In this document: piece after piece, positions 47,051-59,148 of the stretch
Layout of the letters: each line of letters opens with the position of its first letter
Position numbering within the stretch: position 1 is the stretch's first letter
NCBI GenBank assembly: GCA_050949315.1
Contig: JBMNFL010000001.1
Location: forward strand, 704,001-768,000
DNA: 64,000 nucleotides
Source of the DNA: Bacilli bacterium
Lineage (GTDB): Bacteria; Bacillota_I; Bacilli_A; RFN20; UBA1709
Reading direction: 5' to 3'
Translations under genes and position numbers: made by a program
Notes under the pieces: model-generated
What the model was told of the DNA's origin: nothing
The model's input: the letters and a program-made list of their open reading frames with translations, nothing else
Database searches by the model: none

Positions 47051-48220
47051 CTATCTAGCCGCGCTTAATTTTGCTGGTCTAGCAAATTTTTGCATGAATA
47101 TAGCTTGCAAAATTGAGAACCAAGAGGACGCTATCCAGTATAGAGACATGGCGATTGGCAGCATCCAACCAATAATCACAATCATAATTAAGAAGAAGTA
47201 TGTCATAAAGTTTTGTTGATTTAGGCCACCTTGCATACCTGGGCGTTTGTCCCTCCGGGCTTTATTTAACCATTGCGATATTTTCATAGAAACAAACTGT
47301 GAGACAATCATTAAAAGAAAAACGGCAATGCCAAAAAAATTGATTTTGAGAATTATATCACCAAGATGGGCTCCAAGACTAATATTAAAAATTGTGGCTT
47401 CGTGAATCATAGCCGTGTCTTTTACTGCTCCATAAACTGCAATAAATACTGGGAATGTCAAAAATGGTACTATCAAACTAGATATTGGGTTTATTTTATG
47501 CTTTTTGTATAAATCCATGGTTTCTCTTGCTCTTGCTGCTTTTGCTGATTCGTCATTGCGGTTAGCATATTTTGCCGCAATAGCATTGAGTTGAGGCTGT
47601 ATCATCTGTAATCTTTGTGTTTGTTTTGTAGAACGCCACGTTATCCCTAATAGTCCTGTTCTAATAATAAATGTGACAAGAAAAACAGCACCAATTAATG
47701 CGATTCCGCTTCCACCAAACCAAGAACCAACGGTGGTAAAACCCCAGGAAACAGGATAAGCTAAAATTTCAAGTAAACCGCAAGAAAATGCATAGCCAAA
47801 ACTCTTGGGTTCAATGTAGGCCCCTTCGCCGCCATCCGTTGGTTTAGTTATTTTATCATAATGGTCTTTTGTAACGAGACAAGTTTTAGGGTGATTGTCT
47901 TTATAAATTTTATAAGCATAATCATACTGTAAAGTCTTGCCTTCGGCCGCCCAGTCTTTGTTTGCACTGGGTGTGCCAGCTAACGCTTCCCATGTTGCTC
48001 CTTCATCACTTGTCACTTTTGATTTAAGAATTTCTTCGGTAGTTGGTTTTTTATGATAAACATCAACAACAGACCCGTCGTCATGATCATAGTTATAAAT
48101 TACCTGAGTAACAATGTGATCAATGTCTTGGTGGCTACAAAAGTTTGTACCACAAGCCGTAAATGTTAGAAGTATTAAGGCAAAAAACAAAATAGAAATT
48201 GTTTTAAATAGTTTGTTCAT
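47051..48220 (-). CDS. yidC: Membrane protein insertase YidC, lipoprotein with an extended N-terminal domain
   Basis: Lipobox FTAC, IIRT, MIQPQL, LYKKHKINP and SLYWIASS; lies between rnpA and jag. Confidence 0.92.
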   Translation of the reverse strand: MNKLFKTISILFFALILLTFTACGTNFCSHQDIDHIVTQVIYNYDHDDGSVVDVYHKKPTTEEILKSKVTSDEGATWEALAGTPSANKDWAAEGKTLQYDYAYKIYKDNHPKTCLVTKDHYDKITKPTDGGEGAYIEPKSFGYAFSCGLLEILAYPVSWGFTTVGSWFGGSGIALIGAVFLVTFIIRTGLLGITWRSTKQTQRLQMIQPQLNAIAAKYANRNDESAKAARARETMDLYKKHKINPISSLIVPFLTFPVFIAVYGAVKDTAMIHEATIFNISLGAHLGDIILKINFFGIAVFLLMIVSQFVSMKISQWLNKARRDKRPGMQGGLNQQNFMTYFFLIMIVIIGWMLPIAMSLYWIASSWFSILQAIFMQKFARPAKLSAAR

Positions 48221-48559
48221 TTAGTTATCACCTCGTTTTGTAAACTTTTTATAAAGATATTTTAATTCTTCCAAATTCTCGCTGAAGTTTTTATCGAGAT
48301 ACCCTTTTCGTAGGATTAATACCATATCATAAGAACACTCTAGTGAGAAAACATCATCAATCATCATTCGAACTTGACGTTTGTAGCGGTTCCGTTGGAC
48401 CGCGTTGCCAAGTTGTCGACTAACACTGATCCCAATTCTGATTTGGCCTAAATCGTTTTGGCGATAACGAAGAATAAAGGATGAGTTAGAACAAAAGCTT
48501 TTTGCATCTAAAACTTTTTTGAAATCTTCATTTTTTAACAAACGATATTGCTTCTTCAT
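48221..48559 (-). CDS. rnpA: Ribonuclease P protein component
   Basis: Motifs RLLKNEDF and RIGISVSRQLGNAVQRNRYKR. Confidence 0.96.
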   Translation of the reverse strand: MKKQYRLLKNEDFKKVLDAKSFCSNSSFILRYRQNDLGQIRIGISVSRQLGNAVQRNRYKRQVRMMIDDVFSLECSYDMVLILRKGYLDKNFSENLEELKYLYKKFTKRGDN

Positions 48560-48603
48560 TTTGGAAACCTCTTTTTGAAAACCACTTCTTTTGTGGTTAA
48601 AAA

Positions 48604-48738
48604 TCAGGCAGACAAAATTTTTCTACCCTTTTTCCGCCTTCTTGCTAAAACCTTGCGGCCTGCCGGTGTTGCCATCCTGGCCCGGAAACCGTGCATTTTG
48701 GCACGCTTTCTCTTGCTCGGTTGATAGGTTCTTTTCAC
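48604..48738 (-). CDS. rpmH: 50S ribosomal protein L34
   Basis: 44 aa, [22 protein letters not shown]...; GTG start at 48738 with RBS GGAGGTG. The ORF-track start at 48894 is overextended. Confidence 0.97.
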   Translation of the reverse strand: MKRTYQPSKRKRAKMHGFRARMATPAGRKVLARRRKKGRKILSA

Positions 48739-48774
48739 TAATAACACCTCCACGATAAATTGATACGCGGTATA

Positions 48775-48804
48775 ATTATACGTGCCCGCGCATGATAAAG
48801 TCAA
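48775..48804 (-). promoter_or_regulatory. Sigma-A promoter of rpmH-rnpA-yidC-jag
   Basis: TTGACT-18-TATAAT on the minus strand. Confidence 0.6.
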
Positions 48805-48849
48805 CCAAATAAAAAAATCCTGTTTGTTTAAATTTCTTTGTGATTTTGA

Positions 48850-49065
48850 TTTTATTTCTTGTGGATAACAACAAAATGTACCCAAAAACACCATGTTTTT
48901 TGATGTGGATATTTTTTTCTTTCAACAACGATTATCAACGGATGTATCCACAAATAACCAACATTGCTTTTTTTCTCTTTTAATCCACAAAAACATTATG
49001 TGGAAAAGTGTAAATTCTCTGTTTTTTTCGTTGTTTTTGGTGTTAATTTAGTGTGGATAACTTTT
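48850..49065. other. oriC, upstream DnaA-box cluster
   Basis: Perfect TGTGGATAA at 48860 and 49052; one-mismatch boxes at 48904, 48944, 48981 and 48999; gene orientation switches here. Confidence 0.88.
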
Positions 49066-49136
49066 AAACCTCCTTTTTTGCCTTTTTATTTCATAAAATG
49101 TGTGTTAGAATTTGCCTGTAGTGAGGTTTTACATAT

Positions 49137-50489
49137 ATGAATTTAGCAAACAAATATGAGGAGATTTGGCAAGGCGTTTTAGCCGACCTCAAAAAACAAA
49201 TTAATGACAATGCGGTTTTGAGTAGTTTTTTTTACGGAACAAAAATTATCGCCATAGACGGCGACTCTATTACTGTTTCAGCTCCTAATGGTTTTGCAGC
49301 AGAAATTTTAAACCGAAGATATCTTGAAACCATTCAAGAGACCTTGAATGCTCGAACTCAATCTAATTTTAAATGCCAAATTGTTGATGCCAACTCTTTA
49401 GATGAGGCTATTAAAATTACAAGAACGGATCCTGTTTCTGTCTCTTTTATTAGTAATTTAAATCCGAAATTTACTTTTGAAAGTTTTGTTGTTGGTCCTA
49501 GCAACCATGAAAGTTATGTTGCTGCGATGGCAACCGCTGTAGATCCTGGGAATTTTTACAACCCTCTTTTTATTTATGGAAAATCTGGTTTGGGTAAAAC
49601 CCACTTGCTTCACGCTATTGGTAATTATATTCGCTTTAAAGCGCCAAATATAAAAGTTTTATATCGTTCAACCGATGATTTTATTGAAGAAGTTGTTAAA
49701 GCTTTTAAAGATTCGGGGATTGAAACTTTAAAGGATCGATATCGCGAAGTTGATGTTTTGTTGTTAGATGATGTTCAATTTTTATCAACAAAAGAAAAAA
49801 CAAAAGAAACTTTATTCCATATTTTTAATTTATTAATTAATACTGGCAAACAAATTGTATTAACCAGCGACCGTCACCCTCAAGAATTAAAGTCTTTGGA
49901 GGCTCGTCTTGTTGGCCGTTTTTCTTCGGGTTTATCGGTAGAAATTAAGGCTTTGGAGTATGAAACGGCTTACCAAATTTTAAAAAAGAAAATCGAATCT
50001 CACGATATTAATAATGGAAAAATTGATGACGAGGTTCTTCAATACCTAGCCGCCAACTATTCATCTGATGTTCGCAAGCTTGAAGGCGCCCTAAATAAAC
50101 TGTTGTTCTACGCTATAACTTTTAATCCGGGTTCGGATATTGATATGAAAGTTGTAAATAACACCTTCGCACCTTTAATTCGTAATCAAGAAAGAAATCA
50201 AGTTGATATTAATCGAATTAAAACAGCGGTTTCTGAATACTACTGTATTTCGCCGTCACAACTATCAAGCAAACTTAGAACTAGTAATATCACCGTTGCT
50301 AGACATATCGCTATGTATTTATGTCGCAACATGTTAGACGTTTCTCTTGTAAAAATAGGAGAAGAGTTTGGGGGACGGGATCACTCGACTGTGATTAATG
50401 CTTGTGAAAAAGTTGAAAGAATGTTGAAAGAAAACCCTGATTATATTCAAGCTGTTGAAGAGTTAAAAAAACTTATAAAATCGGTATAA
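49137..50489 (+). CDS. dnaA: Chromosomal replication initiator DnaA
   Basis: Motifs NPLFIYGKSGLGKTHL, LLDDVQF and FGGRDHSTV. Confidence 0.98.
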   Translation: MNLANKYEEIWQGVLADLKKQINDNAVLSSFFYGTKIIAIDGDSITVSAPNGFAAEILNRRYLETIQETLNARTQSNFKCQIVDANSLDEAIKITRTDPVSVSFISNLNPKFTFESFVVGPSNHESYVAAMATAVDPGNFYNPLFIYGKSGLGKTHLLHAIGNYIRFKAPNIKVLYRSTDDFIEEVVKAFKDSGIETLKDRYREVDVLLLDDVQFLSTKEKTKETLFHIFNLLINTGKQIVLTSDRHPQELKSLEARLVGRFSSGLSVEIKALEYETAYQILKKKIESHDINNGKIDDEVLQYLAANYSSDVRKLEGALNKLLFYAITFNPGSDIDMKVVNNTFAPLIRNQERNQVDINRIKTAVSEYYCISPSQLSSKLRTSNITVARHIAMYLCRNMLDVSLVKIGEEFGGRDHSTVINACEKVERMLKENPDYIQAVEELKKLIKSV

Positions 50490-50610
50490 AAACATTTCTC
50501 TAGTTGAATAAATATGCTATAATTATAGAGGTCGTTATCCACAAATCCACGTTGCTTATTATTAAAACTATAAATATAAGAAATAAGAAGAAAGAGAAAG
50601 GGAAAATAAA
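50490..50610. other. oriC, downstream part (DnaA boxes and putative DnaA-trio/AT-rich unwinding element)
   Basis: TTATCCACA at 50535-50543, degenerate AAATCCACG next to it, then TTGCTTATTATTA and an AT-rich tract, as in the Bacillus-type bipartite origin. Confidence 0.75.
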
Positions 50611-51732
50611 ATGAAATTTGCAATCTCCAAAAATTATTTACTAAATGCTTTAAATACGGTATCTAGAGCAGTCTCTTCCAAAAATCCAAGAGCTATTTTA
50701 ACAGGAATCAAATTTGAATTAAATCATCATGGTTTATTCTTAACAGGAAGTGATAGCGATATTTCAATCGTAACTAAAGTACCAATGCAAGACAATAACA
50801 ATAATGTTATTACCTCTTTTGAACCAGGGGTTGTCGTTGTAAGTTCAAGATTTATCACAGACATCATTAGAAAACTTGAAGGAAGCATTATAAATTTTGA
50901 AACTTTAGAAGAAAACACTTTAAAAATCACGGACACAATTTCTGACTTTTCTTTGAATTGTATGGAAAGTCGCGATTATCCTGTTTTAGATTTAAGTTTG
51001 GAAGGAACAACTATAACTCTACCAACCGTTGTTTTAAACGAAATTATCAACCAAACTAGTTATGCCGCCAGCGACAAAGAAACAAGACCAATTCTTACTG
51101 GGGTTAATTTCCGTGGTGAAGGGCGGCAATTAGAATGTGTTGCCACCGATAGCTATCGTTTAGCAAAAAAGAGCGTTTTCTTAGAAAAGGAAGTTTCTTT
51201 CAATATTACTATTCCAGCTAAGACACTCAACGAAGTTGCTAAAGTTGCTGAAGGAGAAAATAGTGTTGAAATAATTATTACGGATAAAAAAGTTAACTTC
51301 CGTTTTCAAAACTCTTTAGTTAGCACAAGGGTTATTAATGGAGCTTATCCCGACACCTCAAAATTAATTCCTCTTTCTTTTGAATGTCATCTGGACACAA
51401 TTGCTCAAAGCTTTGTGGCCCGCATTGAAAGAGCATCACTTTTGTCGGTTGATCGTAACAATGTTGTTCGTCTTTCAATGAATCACGATGGAGTTTCAAT
51501 TTCCGCCAAAGCCCAAGAAGTTGGTTCGGCTGTTGAAACCGTAAACGACTATCGTTATGAAGGAGAACGTTTAGATGTTAGTTTCGCAGCTAAATTTGTT
51601 ATTGATGCTATTAAAGCGCTAGGTTGCGAGGCAATTACTATGTATTTCAATAGCGATTCTAAACCCTTTATCATTAAGAACGAAAAAGACTCTTCTTGTA
51701 TTCAATTAGTGTTGCCAGTTAGAACCTATTAA
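50611..51732 (+). CDS. dnaN: DNA polymerase III beta clamp
   Basis: Motifs LTGSD, RPILTGV, ATDSYRL, GAYPD and C-terminal LVLPVR. Confidence 0.97.
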   Translation: MKFAISKNYLLNALNTVSRAVSSKNPRAILTGIKFELNHHGLFLTGSDSDISIVTKVPMQDNNNNVITSFEPGVVVVSSRFITDIIRKLEGSIINFETLEENTLKITDTISDFSLNCMESRDYPVLDLSLEGTTITLPTVVLNEIINQTSYAASDKETRPILTGVNFRGEGRQLECVATDSYRLAKKSVFLEKEVSFNITIPAKTLNEVAKVAEGENSVEIIITDKKVNFRFQNSLVSTRVINGAYPDTSKLIPLSFECHLDTIAQSFVARIERASLLSVDRNNVVRLSMNHDGVSISAKAQEVGSAVETVNDYRYEGERLDVSFAAKFVIDAIKALGCEAITMYFNSDSKPFIIKNEKDSSCIQLVLPVRTY

Positions 51733-51898
51733 AAAGAAACAAAACAAAGGCAAGGGGAGTAAAAAAACAAACGCCCCATGAATTTATATTAAAAACAAAA
51801 AAATAAAGCAAAGAGACACTAAAAACGACTTAATGCTTTATTTTTTATTATTCCTATGTTAGAATATAAATGTATTTATATTCTTGGGGAGGAAAAAG

Positions 51899-52101
51899 AT
51901 GGTTAAGGTTGCCATTAAAGGAGAATATATAAAATTAGGTCAATTTTTGAAACTCGCCCACCTGATTCAAAGTGGCGGAGAAGAGAAAACGTTTTTATTA
52001 AACACTCCTGTTTTTGTTAATGGCAAAAAAGAACAACGGCGAGGACGCAAACTGTATCCAAATGATAAGGTCGTTGTTGTGACAAAAACATATTTAATAA
52101 C

Positions 52102-52111
<10 letters not shown>
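51899..52111 (+). CDS. yaaA: S4-domain protein YaaA
   Basis: Motifs EYIKLGQFLK, SGGE and VNG.KEQRRGRKLY; ATG 51899 with RBS GGAGG. Confidence 0.9.
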
Positions 52112-55142
<3,031 letters not shown>

Positions 55143-55157
55143 AAAGGAGACTTTAAA

Positions 55158-57668
55158 ATGGCAAACAAAGAATTAGACCACACTGGTGAAGTATTTGATT
55201 CGGATATTGATATCGAACGGGTAACTGAGGTTGATTTGAGTTCTGAGATGAAGGCTTCTTTCTTGGATTACTCAATGTCAGTTATTGTTTCGCGAGCGCT
55301 TCCCGATGTTCGCGATGGTTTGAAGCCGGTACATCGGCGGATTATCTATTCAATGAATGAGTTAGGAATGACTAGCGACAAACCCCATAAAAAGTCAGCG
55401 AGAATTGTTGGTGATGTTATTGGTAAATATCATCCACACGGAGATACGGCGGTTTATGATGCGATGGCGCGTTTAGCCCAACCCTTCTCCTTCCGTTATC
55501 CTTTAGTTGATGGAAACGGAAACTTTGGTTCAATTGATGGCGATCGTCCGGCGGCGATGCGTTATACCGAAGCCAGAATGTCCAAAATCGCCAACGAGAT
55601 GGTTAGAGACATTAACAAAGACACGGTAGATTTTGTTCCCAACTATGATGGCGAAGAAAAAGAGCCAGTTATTCTGCCATCGAGAATCCCAAATTTGTTG
55701 ATTAATGGTTCGACGGGTATTGCTGTTGGTATGGCAACCAACATTCCTCCACACAACCTTTCAGAAGTCATTGATGCGACACTAGCAGTGGCAGAAAATC
55801 CTGAAATTGATGTTGTAGAATTAATAAATAAACATATTCACGGTCCTGATTTCCCAACCGCAGGAATAATTCTTGGACGTTCAGGAATTAAGAAAGCATA
55901 CGAAACAGGAAGTGGCCTGATTGTCATTCGTTCGCGTTGCGAAATAGAAGACGATCCTTATCATGATGGGCGGAAAAGAATTGTTATTAGCGAAATTCCC
56001 TATCAAATAAATAAACAGACAATGATTGAAAGAATGGCCGATTTAGTTAAGAACAAAGTTATTGACGGGATTTATGATTTACGAGATGAATCTAACCGTG
56101 AAGGCATACAGGTTATTGTTGAACTTAAAAAAGAAGCGATTCCCGAGGTGGTCTTAAACCAACTATTTAAATTTTCCTCATTGCAAGTTTCTTATAGTAT
56201 CAACTTATTAGCCATTTTAGATGGTCAACCACAAATCTTCTCTTTAAAAGAGATTTTAAATAATTATATTGATCATCAAACGAATGTCATTAGAAGAAAA
56301 ACACAATATGATCTAGATAGAGCTTTAGAAAGAACACACATCTTAGAGGGCTTACGGATAGCAAGAAGACATCTTGATGAGATTATTGCTATTATCAAAA
56401 CAAGCGCCTCTCCAGACGTTGCTCAAGAAAAGATGATGAATGCCCTATCTTTAAGTGAAAAGCAAGCAAAAGCTATTCTAGATATGAGGCTTCAAAGATT
56501 AACTGGAGTCGAACAAGAAAAAATTGATGCCGAAATTAAAGATTTGGCTATCAAGATCGCCGACTATCAAGATATTATTGCTAGCCGAGAACGCGTAATT
56601 CAAGTTTTAAAAGAAGACTTAAATGAAATCAAAGAGCGCTATGGCGATAGTAGAAAAACAGAAATTTCTAGCGACTCCTCTTCTATTGAAGATGAAGAGT
56701 TAATCCCAACAGAAGACGTTGTTTATACTTTAACAACTAATGGTTATGTTAAACGCGTGCCAGTTGACACCTATCGTACTCAGAATCGTGGAGGTCGCGG
56801 GGTCAAGGGAATTACAACCCACGATGACGATGTTGTGGAAAAACTTCTCTTTGCCTCTACTCACACAGACATTATGTTCTTTTCTAGTTTTGGAAAGGTT
56901 TATAGAATGCGCGGATATCAAATCCCTGAATATACAAGACAAGGGAAAGGAATTCCTGTAATTAACTTATTACCAATTGAAAAAGAAGAAAAGATTATGG
57001 CAATGCTTAATGTCGATGAGTATGATGAAGAACATAGTCTCATCTTTGTTACTAAAAAAGGCGTTATCAAGCGAGTGGCTATATCCCAATTCAACAACAT
57101 TAACAAAAATGGAAAAATAGCTTTGACCCTTAAAGAAGGCGACGAACTATACGATGTTAAGAAAACAAGCGGAAATGTTGAAATTTATATTGGAGCCGAT
57201 AACGGCAAGGTCTGTCGCTTTAACGAAACCGATGTTCGCCAAATGGGACGAAATGCGGCGGGAGTTCGCGGCATCAACATTAGCGAAGAGAGCCAAGTAA
57301 TTGGGGTTACGACCTCTGATGAAGGCAATTACATTCTTGTTATTACATCTAAAGGCTATGGTAAGATGAGTAATCGAGAAGATTATCGTCTGACCCAAAG
57401 AGGAGCAAAAGGCGTCTTGTCTTTAAACGCCACCAAACGCAACGGGACTTTAGTAGCTATGCGCGCAGTTAATGGTGACGAAGACCTTTTAGTTACAACA
57501 ACAAAGGGAATAATTATTAGAATATCTTTAACCCAAGTAAAAGTTGCCGGGCGTAACACTCAGGGCGTAAAAATTATTAAACTTGACGCCAACCAAGAGG
57601 TTGCATCCATTGCAATAGCAGATTCTCAAGAAGAGGAAGAAAGCGAGACAGAAGCAAGCAATGAATAG
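55158..57668 (+). CDS. gyrA: DNA gyrase subunit A
   Basis: Motifs [26 protein letters not shown] and GyrA-box QNRGGRG. Confidence 0.98.
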   Translation: MANKELDHTGEVFDSDIDIERVTEVDLSSEMKASFLDYSMSVIVSRALPDVRDGLKPVHRRIIYSMNELGMTSDKPHKKSARIVGDVIGKYHPHGDTAVYDAMARLAQPFSFRYPLVDGNGNFGSIDGDRPAAMRYTEARMSKIANEMVRDINKDTVDFVPNYDGEEKEPVILPSRIPNLLINGSTGIAVGMATNIPPHNLSEVIDATLAVAENPEIDVVELINKHIHGPDFPTAGIILGRSGIKKAYETGSGLIVIRSRCEIEDDPYHDGRKRIVISEIPYQINKQTMIERMADLVKNKVIDGIYDLRDESNREGIQVIVELKKEAIPEVVLNQLFKFSSLQVSYSINLLAILDGQPQIFSLKEILNNYIDHQTNVIRRKTQYDLDRALERTHILEGLRIARRHLDEIIAIIKTSASPDVAQEKMMNALSLSEKQAKAILDMRLQRLTGVEQEKIDAEIKDLAIKIADYQDIIASRERVIQVLKEDLNEIKERYGDSRKTEISSDSSSIEDEELIPTEDVVYTLTTNGYVKRVPVDTYRTQNRGGRGVKGITTHDDDVVEKLLFASTHTDIMFFSSFGKVYRMRGYQIPEYTRQGKGIPVINLLPIEKEEKIMAMLNVDEYDEEHSLIFVTKKGVIKRVAISQFNNINKNGKIALTLKEGDELYDVKKTSGNVEIYIGADNGKVCRFNETDVRQMGRNAAGVRGINISEESQVIGVTTSDEGNYILVITSKGYGKMSNREDYRLTQRGAKGVLSLNATKRNGTLVAMRAVNGDEDLLVTTTKGIIIRISLTQVKVAGRNTQGVKIIKLDANQEVASIAIADSQEEEESETEASNE

Positions 57669-57670
57669 GC

Positions 57671-57686
57671 GGTTTCACGTGAAACA
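57671..57686. promoter_or_regulatory. parS centromere-like site
   Basis: GGTTTCACGTGAAACA, one mismatch to TGTTTCACGTGAAACA, about 8 kb from oriC. Confidence 0.85.
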
Positions 57687-57708
57687 AAACTAAAAAGGGG
57701 GGAGTTTT

Positions 57709-59001
57709 GTGATAGATATTAAAATCATTAGAGAAAATCCTGAGCTAGTAAAAAACAATATAAAGAAAAAGTTTCAAGACGAAAAATTAATGCTTGTCGA
57801 TGAAATAATTAAACTAGATTCTCAGCAAAGAAAAACCAAAACAACTATTGATGATTTACGTAACGAAAGAAATGTTGTAAGTAAAAACATTGGAATTTTA
57901 TTTGCTAAAAAGAAAAACCAAGAAGCCGAACAACAGAAAGAAAAGGTCAATGAAATTAATGAAAAATTGTTGATTTTGGAAAAGGAAGAAGAAAGTTTAA
58001 GCCAAGAAATCAAGCAAAAAATGTTGCTTATTCCTAACATTATTGATGACACGGTTCCCATTGGCAAAGACGATAGTGAAAATGTTGAGGTCGAAAGGTT
58101 TTTAGAACCACGGGTTCCAAGTTTTCCTATTCCTTATCATGTAGATATATTAGAAAATCTAGAAGGAATCGATCTTGACAGTGCCCGCAAAGTTGCTGGT
58201 AACGGTTTTTATTATTTAATGGGTGATGTGGCTAGACTTCATTCGGCCGTATTGAATTATGCCCGAGATTTTATGATTAATAAAGGTTTTACCTATGTTA
58301 TTCCCCCTTATATGATACGCAGCGAGGTGGTTACCGGTGTTATGAGTTTTGCTGAAATGGAAGCGATGATGTATAAAATTGAAGGAGAAGACCTTTATTT
58401 AATTGGAACTAGCGAACATTCAATGATTGGTAAATTTATTGACACCATAAACAATAAAGAAAACCTACCTTATGCTTATACAAGTTATTCCCCCTGTTTT
58501 AGAAAAGAAAAAGGTGCACACGGTATAGAAGAAAGAGGAATTTATCGCATTCACCAATTTGAAAAACAAGAAATGGTGGTTATTTGTGAGCCCGAGGATT
58601 CTAAAGAGTGGTTCGAAAAGCTTTATAAATACACAGTTGAATTATTTACTAGTATGCAGATTCCTGTTCGGACTCTTGAGTGTTGCAGTGGCGATTTGGC
58701 GGATTTAAAAGTTAAAAGTATTGATGTTGAAGCTTGGAGTCCGCGTCAGGAAAAGTATTTTGAAGTTGGTAGTTGTTCCAACATGGGGGATGCCCAAGCG
58801 CGAAGACTAGCTATTAGAATCAGAGGCGAAAAGAAAAACTATTTTGCACATACTCTTAATAACACCGTTGTCGCGCCACCAAGAATGCTTATAGCGGTTT
58901 TAGAAAACCATCTCAACGAAGACGGTTCAGTTAATGTTCCTCCGGTTTTGCAACCGTACATGGGCGGAACAAAAGTTATAAATACTAAAACAAAAAAGTA
59001 A
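57709..59001 (+). CDS. serS: Serine--tRNA ligase
   Basis: N-terminal coiled coil, IPN, LIGTSE, CFRKE, RIHQFEK, EVGSCS and HTLNNT. Confidence 0.96.
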   Translation: MIDIKIIRENPELVKNNIKKKFQDEKLMLVDEIIKLDSQQRKTKTTIDDLRNERNVVSKNIGILFAKKKNQEAEQQKEKVNEINEKLLILEKEEESLSQEIKQKMLLIPNIIDDTVPIGKDDSENVEVERFLEPRVPSFPIPYHVDILENLEGIDLDSARKVAGNGFYYLMGDVARLHSAVLNYARDFMINKGFTYVIPPYMIRSEVVTGVMSFAEMEAMMYKIEGEDLYLIGTSEHSMIGKFIDTINNKENLPYAYTSYSPCFRKEKGAHGIEERGIYRIHQFEKQEMVVICEPEDSKEWFEKLYKYTVELFTSMQIPVRTLECCSGDLADLKVKSIDVEAWSPRQEKYFEVGSCSNMGDAQARRLAIRIRGEKKNYFAHTLNNTVVAPPRMLIAVLENHLNEDGSVNVPPVLQPYMGGTKVINTKTKK

Positions 59002-59026
59002 CTAAAAAACAGGTCAAAATTGAATT

Positions 59027-59047
59027 GAGAGCGCAAGCTCTCTTTTT
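59027..59047 (+). terminator. Intrinsic terminator after serS
   Basis: GAGAGC-GCAA-GCTCTC-TTTTT. Confidence 0.85.
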
Positions 59048-59148
59048 AATTTAAAAACTAGAGTTTCAGAAAATAATTTTCGTATTCGAAAATTAAAATA
59101 GATTCACGCGTGTGGACATGCTATAATCAACCCAAGGACGTGATTTAA

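Noticed and set aside
48739-48894. N-terminal extension of L34 in the ORF track (96 aa)
   Set aside because: The real start is GTG 48738 with a strong RBS; the extension runs through the promoter and DnaA boxes
55430-55465. GyrA QRDR reads GDTAVYD (Thr at the Ser83-equivalent position)
   Set aside because: Thr is a natural wild-type residue at this position in many bacteria, so it is not evidence of acquired quinolone resistance
59101-59118. Possible second parS (GATTCACGCGTGTGGACA)
   Set aside because: It has too many mismatches and the wrong spacing relative to the 16-bp consensus
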